From assembly GCA_965644295.1 (NCBI GenBank), contig CBFFRP010000281.1, forward strand, positions 434,001-498,000: DNA of 64,000 nucleotides. Direction: 5' to 3'. Of the stretch, positions 1-10,600 are shown piece after piece; within the stretch, counting starts at the first letter, position 1, and every line of letters begins with the position of its first letter. Source of the DNA: Paraphysomonas bandaiensis (Eukaryota > Protista > Chrysophyceae). The translations under genes were made by a program, and so were the position numbers. The notes beneath the pieces are model-generated. The model made no database searches. It saw only the letters and a list, made by a program, of their open reading frames with translations, and was not told the DNA's origin.

Positions 1-671
1 ACTACCCGCAGAGGGATGGCTCCGCTAGCTCGCTGAGACTCCAAGATATCCACATATCGGCCTTCTCTAGACATCAGAAAATCAATATCTACATGTAGAT
101 TATTGTTGACAGCTCTCCCCAGCCTATCTTCCTGAGCAGCTTTCTTGAATGCTTCAAACCTCATTCGCGTATTATGGAAATCCTTGATAGTAACCTCCAA
201 CTTGTCGATTGGGAAATCTCTTAAAGCGTATTGAAATTGACCAAATGCATATGCAGCTGCCTGCGCATCCTCAAGAGCCGGTACATCACCCACAGCACGA
301 CAACCTCGCACATATTCATACACCCGCCAATATCCCCCATGTGGAGCCTTCAAATACATAATCTCGTCTTTATTATCACTGCGAGGAGGAATAAGTTTTA
401 AAGTCATAATTCCATGAGCTTGTAAGTATGATGTAACGAGACTTATATTCTTCATTAAAACACTAACATCTGTAAATATCGTATCATTGATTCGTTGTAG
501 AACGAATTTCATTTCTGTAGATGTTTCTATATGTATAAAAGTCACCAGATATGTCTTATGAATATGTCCATTGCCATATACAGATATATCACAGTGATAA
601 CTATCTATATCAGGAATACTAAACTTTCTAATAATTTGAAGTAATATCTCTGGGGGATACTCTTCACTCAT
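1..671 (-). CDS. APH/choline-kinase superfamily sugar kinase, N-acetylhexosamine 1-kinase (NahK/LnpB)-like; 3' end runs off the window
   Basis: Manual translation from ATG at 671, open to base 1: MSEEYPPEILLQIIRKF...YGNGHIHKTYLV...FVLQRINDTIF...GYWRVYEYV...AAYAFGQFQYAL...LEVTIKDFHNTRMRF...GAIPLRV. These match NahK-family motifs GxGHIxxT, LQRIN, TIxxFHNT and PxRV(THND). No introns in the visible part. Absent from the ORF track. Confidence 0.8.
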   Translation of the reverse strand, partial: MSEEYPPEILLQIIRKFSIPDIDSYHCDISVYGNGHIHKTYLVTFIHIETSTEMKFVLQRINDTIFTDVSVLMKNISLVTSYLQAHGIMTLKLIPPRSDNKDEIMYLKAPHGGYWRVYEYVRGCRAVGDVPALEDAQAAAYAFGQFQYALRDFPIDKLEVTIKDFHNTRMRFEAFKKAAQEDRLGRAVNNNLHVDIDFLMSREGRYVDILESQRASGAIPLRV

Positions 672-976
672 ATCTAATCAGCGGTGAATATATCCAGATT
701 ATAAGACGAATATAAGATAGTGTGGATTAAAGCAAATTCAGGAGATTATGCGATGATCTCCATGTATAGAAGAGGGGTAAGTGTAATGGTTAGATCATAT
801 GGAGAGATATGCAAAGATATGGTGAGTAGAGACTGATTGATTTCGAAGAGATTGTTTTGAACTATCTATATGTATGTATATAATTGATACCCATAACACG
901 ACACTTGTTGAATACCCTCACACCAGTACTGCTGTGTACTTACCTACCCATCTATATATACATCTACCTACCTGCC

Positions 977-1188
977 TACATACATACATACATACATACA
1001 TACATACATACATACATACATACATACATACATACATACATACATACATACATACATACATACATACATACATACATACATACATACATACATACATACA
1101 TACATACATACATACATACATACATACATACATACATACATACATACATACATACATACATACATACATACATACATACATACATACA
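977..1188. repeat. (TACA)n microsatellite, about 53 units
   Basis: Perfect tetranucleotide array between the divergent NahK-like and ABCF2 starts. Confidence 0.98.
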
Positions 1189-1377
1189 GTGTACTCTGTT
1201 GATGGTACAGGAAAGACTGGTCTGTGTGTCTTGTATTCTTTTTGTAGAGGAATGTGCGGCTTATACAGTGATGTGTATGTTAAGCTCACTGCTCATACTT
1301 CTCAACAATTCTTCGACTATTAATACATATACACATATATTTAATCCATCTAATTAGTTTATTTGTATTACTTTACT

Positions 1378-4300
1378 ATGCCAGCTAAAAAGCGTGCTGA
1401 AAAGCAGTCTAAAAAGGCTGCCAAAGCAGCTGCTAAACCCGCCCCTGTATCAGCCACTCCCTCTGAAGATGTCGAGCCTGGAGACATGCTTAGATCACAA
1501 GGAATTGTTGTTACTTATGCACAGGACTCTAATAAGTTAACTCATAGAAATGTTAGAGATATCAGTGTATCTAATTTGACTCTCACTTATCATGGAACTC
1601 CGTAAGTGCACTGTCTGGTGTATGCAGTATAGTACTCATATGATATCATCTATGCAGTCTTATTGAAGATGCGGAGTTCACTCTTAACTATGGAAATAGG
1701 TTTGTATTTTAATGAATATTTACTGTGTAATTTGCCTCTTAGATACGGATTTATTGGACGAAATGGCTGCGGAAAGTCGACATTTATGAAGGCAATTGCT
1801 GCCCGATGCTTTCCAATTCCTGATGGCATTGATATATTCCACTTGAGTGAGGAAATTGAAGCATCTGACATGACTGCAAGAGAAGCTGTGATGAGTGTTG
1901 ATGTGGAACGTATGAAACTGGAGAAAGAAGCTGAAGCTTTAAACGAGTTGATGACTGATACTGAGAACACCGAGGACCAAGATGAAGTTATGGAACGCCT
2001 TACACAGGTGTACGAGCGCCTTGATGAGCTTGATGCTTCTACGGCCGAAACTAGAGCTTCCAGTATCCTCAGTGGACTTGGCTTTTCCCCTGAGAGGCAG
2101 CAAATGAAAACAAGAGAGTTCAGTGGAGGGTGGAGAATGAGGATTGCGCTTGCCCGTGCTCTGTTTATCCAGCCAACGCTGCTACTACTCGACGAGCCCA
2201 CTAATCATGTAGGATAATGTACTAGTATGATGTATCATGAATGTATGCGAGATATATACCGTACATGCGTTAAATTTGTGGATATGTATTGATATACATG
2301 TGTCCAGTTGGATATGGAGGCCGTTGTATGGCTGGAGGATTACCTCAGCAGGTGGAATAAGATCCTTTTCATGGTTTCTCACTCCCAGGATTTCATGAAC
2401 TCGTACGTTCGTTGAGTAGTGTGTTTCTTTGATGATACTAATTTACTCTGTGTTGACTACAGTGTGTGTACCCACATAATTAACCTCACGAAGAAGCGCC
2501 TCACTACTTACGGTGGAAATTATGACACATTTGTACAGACGAAGTCAGAACTTGATGAGGAGCAGATGAAGGTTATATACACAAAATTTCTTATTTGTGC
2601 CAGTATATATTCATCTAAAGGTTGTTCTCTAACGGCCCTTTATTTATAGCGCTACAAGTGGGAGCAGGACCAGATTAAGCACATGAAAGATTATGTCGCT
2701 CGGTTCGGTCATGGTACTGCCAAGAATGCCAAGCAGGCTCAGAGTAAAGAAAAAACACTTGAAAAGATGGTTCGAGGTGGGCTCACTGAAAAGGTACTAA
2801 TCCGATTTGTACGACGAGTGCACAGTTTCATAACGATTCACTTAAGTCGTCATATGTGTCGCATGTTATGAAACACGTAATATACTAAACTATATTGATG
2901 TCGTGGATGTAAATGTCGTAGTTTTTGCCCATCTTTTGTGTGCTGATATGTATGGATAGGTGGAACAGGAGAAAGCTCTCGATTTTAATTTCTCGGATCC
3001 TGGGCAACTTTCTCCTCCTGTACTCATGTGTACGGATATTGCATTCGGTTATCCAGGTAAGTTCTGGAAACGAATATTATTGAAATATGACCTAATACTG
3101 CATGGTATCTTACATATTGTTGATGTATTGCAGGGTGCGAAATCCTGTATTCCGGTGTCGATTTTGGTGTTGATCTTGACAGTCGCGTTGCTCTTGTTGG
3201 ACCCAATGGAGCAGGTAAGTGTTTGATTTTTTTTGTAATTCTCATCACTCATTTCATCACCAGGGAAGTCAACACTACTTAAGATCATGACCGGAGACTT
3301 GATACCAGTTGTCGGTCAGTGTGTACATGGCCACCCACACTGAGAATTTTCTAATCATTATATCAATTAGGCTCTGTACGTCCTCATGCCCACCTTCGCA
3401 TCAGCAAGTTTACACAACACTTTATTGATGTAAGCCCTATTTCAGTGTTATATATATATGTGAACATATGTTCTTATCTTCATAGGTATTGGACCTATCG
3501 ATGACCCCTCTAGAATACTTCCTGAGCATATGGACGGAGATGACAAGAGAGGAAGGGCGTAGGTTCCTGGGTCGGTTTGGAGTATCCGGATCCGTCCAAA
3601 CACAGAAGATGTCCCAACTCAGTGATGGGCAGAAAAGTCGGTAGGTTTGAAAATGAGTTACTGGACCATCTAGACAATTGAACTGCTGTACTTGTTCGTG
3701 TAGTGTTGTACTCGCTAAAATGGCGAAGGAGAACCCTCACATTCTTCTGCTTGACGAGCCCACTAATCACTTGGATATGGAGAGTATTGATAGTCTAGCC
3801 AAGGCCATAAATAAGTTTTCGGGTGGGATGGTGCTGGTATCTCATGATATGAGGCTGATCTCTCAGGTATGTTGCTATTGTCTCGTGATTATGGTGCATT
3901 TTTTCTCGTCAGACGGCTGCTGATATTTCTTTCGAAGGTGGCAAAAGAGATATGGGTGGTTGACAACCGTACTGTTATGAAGTACCAGGGTGAGATATCC
4001 GACTTCAAGATGCAGGTATACGACATATTACTCAGTACGCACTCGTATTGATATATATGCATCTGTTTGATTTGCAGCTACGCGCACAAATGCAGAAGAG
4101 CAATATAATGTCTGGTAGCGACGCTGTGAATAATATGAAGGCACCCGTCTTGGTACCTCTCGCTCCCCGATCCACCACTGGAAACACAGTCATTCCGCAC
4201 ACCGCCCCTCCAGCTGTTGCTCCAAAGGTACGTATGAAGTTGTAGTTATATGCGGTCCACTTAACTATGGATGTCGTAGGCTCCAAGTGCAAATGAGGAA

Positions 4301-5196
4301 GATGAGGTAATGAAGGCTCGTATGGAGTTAGCGGACTTAGCCATTGAGCGCCAAAGAGCTCGACAAGCCAAGGAGAAAGAAGAAAAAGCCACCAAGAAAA
4401 AGAGTGAGGACAACGATGGTGGAGGAAAGGTTGTGATATAAGCCGTATGCTTCATATCTCATGGTATTTTTCTTTACCAGGTGGAAGCTGATAAAACTGA
4501 AGCGAAGGAAAAGGCAGATGAAGAAGCTAAGCGTCGAGACGAAGAGCGTGAGCTTCAAAAAGCGAAAAAGAAGAAGGAGAAAGAGGCTATTGCTCTTCGC
4601 CTCAAGCAGGAAGAAGAGGAGAGAGAACGCAGACGCTTGGAAAAGATTGCCGATATGGAGGCAGCTATGAAGCTTCGCGAGGAGGAAGACCGTGCTCGTG
4701 AAGAGAGGGCCCGCTTGCGTGCTGAGAAAGAGGCCAAGAAGAAAGCCGAGGAAGATGCAGTAAAGGCAGCAGAGGCAGAGGCGAAAGCGGCTCGCAAGAG
4801 AGAGCGAGAGGCACGGCGTAAGGAGAAAGAAGAAGAAAAGAGACGACAGGATTTGGAAAGGAAACAAAAGTGGATGGCCGAAGCGAGACAAGATGTATGG
4901 ACTCAAGAGCAGCAGGTTGGTATACCCTCATTGATCAAGTGTTCGTGTTGATAATAGTACCGTATCAGAATGCTTTTGAATCAGCACTTCTCTCTGCACC
5001 GATGATTCTAGCTGTTGCTGGTAACGAACAGATGCAGAAAGAAAAGGAGGCACGATGGAATTACATATCTCGTGCTGTAGAGGGAAAGAATCGCAACCAG
5101 TGTTTGTCTCGCTACCGTCTTCTTGCACAAATGGTTCTAGATAAGAAGCAGGGCGAAGCTGTCATGACAAGTGCATCTGTATCAACAAATGCTTAA
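1378..5196 (+). CDS. ABCF2: ABC-F ATPase (ABCF2/Arb1-type) with C-terminal coiled coil and SANT/Myb domain; multi-exon
   Basis: ATG 1378 ([10 protein letters not shown]). NBD1 GRNGCGKS / FSGGW / [12 protein letters not shown]; linker [19 protein letters not shown]; NBD2 GPNGAGKS / LSDGQ / [11 protein letters not shown]. Phase-0 introns 4016-4077, 4228-4279, 4430-4480 and 4916-4968 join NBD2 to a Lys/Glu-rich coil and [13 protein letters not shown]...[24 protein letters not shown]. Stop TAA at 5194-5196. Confidence 0.9.
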
Positions 5197-6016
5197 TTAT
5201 ATATTACTATGGTATTTGCATCGACATGGAACTGGATGCATGGAGCACTTTCCGCTGTTAGGAGCATTTGTTGTGATCGTAGTGATAGTCATATTCAGAA
5301 TGCCGTAGCTTGTACTGAATAATAACAATAAGGAAGGGAATTTGTCTCGTTATATAAACGCTTAAGTACAGTAGCATATATATATTGTAATGATGAATGT
5401 GTGTAGTAACAGTACGTAGTCACTCAGTAAAGTCAAGTATGCCTATGCATCGTTAAATTAGTCCGTTTCAATCTGTTGGATTATGTCACGCCGTGGATAG
5501 CAATGTTGAGTTTTATGTTTGCGAGCAATTCGAACTGTATTTATAAGGCATTAGAATTATGACCTTTACTTGAAGAATACGGTAGTAATTAATAGATTAA
5601 TAGTATCACATGAACTAATCAATTGATAGGAATAAAGGAGGAATAGTTGTGAAAGGTGAGAGTGAAATATAGTGATTGTTTTATCAAGATTGAGTCTATT
5701 TGCGCTATATATATAAGAACGGTTGTGTATATAAACTAGTTTTACATCTATAGACTAACTAATAACTGGATTTGCTATATAATATATACTATATTATACT
5801 ACTAGTGGTGGGACAACCGTCGGAACTGCTTGTGCATCGCTGCGAGCACCATAGTGCAACCGTCCCTTGTAGTGAGGTTAGTTGGGGGGTCTATTTACTA
5901 TTTACTATCTGAGATCTGATAATATGATTGACAGTTGAGTGTTGAGTTCTTGTATATGACAACAGCAATTAAACGCTGTAGTTATAAGGTATTTATAAAG
6001 TATAGCCGTTACGAGT

Positions 6017-6890
6017 CAGGGCTGCGCAGCAATTAATTGCAATCCAATTGCAAATGTTTTTGAGCAATTAAATTGTAATTAATTGCCACTACTTATTGTC
6101 TAATTAAATAGCATCTTGAACTGTGTTTGCATTTTCCACAGATGTCTATTAAAGCGCAAGAACATAAGAAGGGCCTCCAATGCTTGGTGTCTTCTCGTCA
6201 TCAGTGACTCAATACCATCATCTCCTTTTTCTTCTTCGCCATCAGTTTTGTCCAACAGAAAACGTTTGAGCTGCGCCTTCTCAGGTCGAGTGTCCTCCAA
6301 ACCGCTTTTGACTTTCACAACAGCATTCTAGAAGGTCTGATTCTTCATAATTATGTCCGCATCCGCACCTAGTACTAGGTGGCAAGAGGTGGTGGCTAGT
6401 ACTAGGGAGTTTCTGAATTAAGCTATTGAAAAACGAACGCACATCACTAAGGTTGGCCAGCAGGTCGGCTCCATCCTTCTGGAGAACCATAGAAACTTTT
6501 CGAATTCGGTAAGAATATGACTGCCATAAATACTACGTTTATACACATATATTATCTTAAAACTAGAAGGTAGTGGCTAGTACTAGGGAATTTCTGAATT
6601 AAGCTATTATTGAAAAGGAACGAACATCATTGAGCATAGCGTAACATACATGAACCGAGCTGAACTTAGTCTCTTATAGCTTATTAAGGTCAAGAGGAAA
6701 GAAACGTAATCGACCTTTCAGAAAGTAAGCTAATGACAGAGATATTAACCAGTAAACAGAGACGACAGTATCATGAGAGAGGCTTTGGTAACAGATATAG
6801 TGAAATTTTATCGCAGCATCGAGTGAAATTTTACTTCAGTTGTTAAGTTAATACTTCTCTTATTATAATAATGTCAAACTTTGATAATAT
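6017..6890 (-). mobile_element. Decayed hAT-type DNA transposon fragment (family A)
   Basis: Starts CAGGGCTGCGCAGCAAT, like the TIR of the 34543-35285 element. Minus-strand remnant LEALLMFLRFNRHLW resembles a hAT C-terminal dimerisation region. Right boundary approximate. Confidence 0.6.
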
Positions 6891-6896
6891 TGAGAG

Positions 6897-7020
6897 CAGG
6901 GCCTGATAATCATCAATGGTAATGTCATCTATATGTCATTCATTGATGGCCAATAATGGCAATACCATTATAATTGCCGGAAACTGGGCACCCATAAATG
7001 GGCTATTAGTGTTTACCATC
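6897..7020. mobile_element. Terminal fragment of hAT-type family B
   Basis: CAGGGCCTGATAATCATCAATGG...CCATTATAATTGCCGGAAACTGGGCACC matches the ends of the 25457-25719 and 50836-52433 elements. Confidence 0.6.
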
Positions 7021-7353
7021 ATGTCTTGATTGAGAAATATAAATATAGCAAATATTAATGAGTGATGAGACATGTTAATTTTAAATTTAGTAATTGATGA
7101 CTAATTTACATTATTTCAACATATTATAAGATAGATATTGATCTAGCTATTAGACTAATCTGTCTATCTATCTACTAAACTGGTTCTGACTCTTGAAAGC
7201 CTTTTGCTACGAAACAGATATTCACAATCACTACTTCCAACATATTTCACAACCCAAATATGACAAATGTTGACAGGGTACACAAGATATAGCCGATTCG
7301 AACCAGGATTTATAAATTACACACCACTAAACTAGTGAGATTAATCAAGATTG

Positions 7354-7660
7354 TATTGAACTACAACCAACTCCTACGTGCGTACTTGAAGTTTGGTAAA
7401 GTCAATCGCTAGTAGTTATCCTGTATTCTATGTAGCAATGAAATACAGAATATACATGACTACAGTATAGGAGTAGCTATTACAAGTATACAAAGAAACT
7501 GAAAATATAGTAGCTGTTAAAGATATGATTTGTAGAACAGAATGTTGATGTTGGTAAATGACGTGGTTCCTAACTCACAGGGCTACAACATCATAAACTT
7601 ACTATATCTCCTATAATATCAATCAGTCAATATTGCACTAACTAAAAGCGTAAATTAATA
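7354..7660 (+). repeat. 5' LTR (TATTGAAC...AATTAATA)
   Basis: Direct repeat of 12226-12532. Confidence 0.95.
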
Positions 7661-10600
7661 TGGCAGCGGATGGAAATTTCACGAATGTCGCCTCAGGCTC
7701 AAAGGTACCTCCCTTCGAGGAACTGAACTTCAAGAAATTCAAGAAGTTCTTCACCTCATTCCTCATGAGACACAATCGAGCTCATCTTGTCCTCTCAAAG
7801 GATAAACCAAGGCACATTCATGATCTAGACTCTACAGTCCCAGCGGGAGCTCATATGACTGATGCACAGAAGAAGCGACTACGCAAAGCGAAGAAACTCT
7901 GGAACACCCGGAACGAGACCGCGTACTCCTTCCTGATGGAAGTGTGCAATGCTCACCCAAAAGCAGGCACAACAGCGGCTCTCTACGAAGGAAGTACAGC
8001 AAAAGGGTTACTACAGGCACTGGAAGAGAGATTTCTCAATGTTGAAAAGAATACAGTACAGGCAGAGGTCACAAAGTTCAATTCAATGAAGATTACCTCA
8101 AGTCAGTCAGGAGCAGAGTTCGTCGACAGCGTTGAAGCCCAGGCCAAGATTCTCGAGAATCTAGGTCGTGAAGTCACGGAAGACGACAAGCTCACTCGAC
8201 TAAAGGAAGGTCTCACAGACAAGAGATATTCCCAACTAGCACACAGCCTGTATACAGCAAACGATGTGACATACGCAAGAGCAAGCAGCCTAATCAAAGG
8301 GTATGAAAACACATCATTCGGCAAGCATGCGTTGCAAAATTCAGGGGAAGACAGTGTCAATCAAGCAGTGGATGACAGTAAATGGAAAGAGCACAAGAGA
8401 AAGGGCAGATGCAATAAGTGCAAGAAACTTGGCCACTTTGCTAGGGAGTGCAAGACTCCAGAGCATGTCATAAAGAGGATGAAGGGGACAAGATCACAGA
8501 GAAAAGATAGAGATCACAGAAACAGGGGTGATAACAAAACAAAGCTACCTGTGTGTGAGATATGTGACATCCCAGGCCATCAGACTAAAGACTGCTTCCA
8601 CTTGAAGACTGCTAAAGCTGCAGTGGTCAGTTCTAAACGGGGGCGAGACTCTAGAAGGGAAACGGCACCCTACAAGAACAAGAAGAAACCGCGAGTGTCT
8701 GTACATGATTCAGAAGATGAAGCGGGATACGAATCGATGATATGTGTGGAAGAAGAGGTGAATCTAGCACAGAGCATGTCAGATGTTATTTATTTAGACA
8801 GCGGGTGCAACAAGATGATCCTTACCTCCAAAAACCACATGACCAACCTTCAGCGCGCTGATAGGCAGATGTCCACAGCGAACAAAGGTAAACTGTCAAT
8901 ACACAGTGTTGGCGATGTAGGAAGCTTTAAAAAGGTGTACTACGCACCTGAAGCAAGTAAGAACCTCGTAGATATGAAGAGCATCACAGATAGGGGTTGT
9001 GTTGTGACGTTCGATAATGATGAAGTCGTCATTCGAAATAAGACTACGAACAAGACACTCATTAGACAGAGAAGTGTTAATGGATTATATCCAGTTCGAC
9101 TCGAAGACTTACTTCAGCTTGGAGAAGAATCCTCAGCAGCACTTGAGGAGCAGGGGTTTGATGACCAGCGAATTCTATGGCACAAAAGACTTGGCCATGT
9201 CAACTATGATAAACTGACTGAGTCCGACCGCCGAGGCCTAGTTGATGGAATAAATCTGGACAAGAAATATTTCAGAAAAAAACACAAAAAAACGATATGC
9301 AAATGTAATACCTGCATGCGATCGAAACTCACGAGAAAGAACTTCAGGACTCCACGCCAGTTGATGAACTTAGACAACAACCCAAAGGAGAGAGGGGTGC
9401 TCAGTGCAGATACGATGGAAGTCCTAAACACGCCATCGATGGAAGGCTACAAACATGTGTTACTATTCAAGCACAGTGATGCAAAACATGTATGGGCTTA
9501 TGGGTTGAAAAACAAGACTGGGAGTGAAGTGTTAAAGTGTATGAAGGACATGGTAGAGACCCAACTTGTCAAAGAAGGATTGCAACTACGACGATATCAT
9601 GCAGATGGCGCAGGAGAACTAGTAGGGCAACATGTCAGGCAGTACTTACGTGAAACCACCAGCACAAGGACTGTACAGGTTACTTGGACTCCACGTGACA
9701 CACCCGAAATGAATTCGCTATCGGAACGCACTAATCGTACAGTGAAGGAGATGGCCCTTGCTATATTGCTCGATAGTGGCATGCCATCAGTATTTTGGTT
9801 CAAAGCAGTCTTGCATGCTGTATATCTGATCAACAGGTTACCTACGAAGACAACGAAAGGATACATCTCACCTTTTGAGTATATTACTGGAACCGCACCA
9901 GATGTGAGTGACTTGAAGATCTGGGGCTGCAAGGCATGGGCTATTGTGCCGAAGGAGCAGCGCCGCAAAGAGTGGAAAGAAAAGGGAAAACCTGGATACT
10001 ATATGGGACAATGTCAACAACCTGTTGGACACCAAATATATATTCCAGACCTGAATGCTATTATTGTTGCAGTCAATGCACAGTTTGATGAGTCAATTCC
10101 AGAGCGTTCACAGGAGTATTTCGACGAAATAGATAATCTACAAATCGACACCTCAGAAACAGCAGAGAGTGTAAATGACTATCAGTACCTGGTGGGCCTC
10201 AGACATCTTGATGGACACCTGTGTTATGTTACCACCAGAGTGATAGAGAGAAGAGGAGTCATTGTTGCATATAGGAGATTAGATATGAAAGGAAATACTA
10301 CCGAGGAGCAAACTCCAATTCATATCAAAGATGTAGTAAAGATGACTCACTCTACAAAGTGTCAGACCGACAAGTTTAATAGTTTGCGAAATGAGTTGGA
10401 TCAGACTTGTAATGACAGTGACAATGAACAGAGGACTCCTGACCGCTCAAATCGGGGCGCATCTTCAACAGGTGGGGCAGATCGAAATCCCAGAACTGAA
10501 AAACGACCTCGAAAAAAACGGCACATTGTTAACGTTGGTGTCCTCGGCGATGTCTCATTGTCTCTTGATTCCTCCAACAGCACAATTAAAGAGCCACAGA

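Noticed and set aside
874-1357. ORFs with HTYI/MYVC repeats (also 56040-56657)
   Set aside because: Translation artefacts of the stop-free (TACA)n arrays.
4337-4906. Hydrophobic minus-strand ORF, and other antisense ORFs over copia, the PH gene and ECD
   Set aside because: Shadow frames of low-complexity or long sense-strand coding sequence.
5800-5890. GC-rich hairpin-like patch as a Helitron end or ncRNA
   Set aside because: Weak stem, no clear CTRR terminus, and only a short partial match near 24303.
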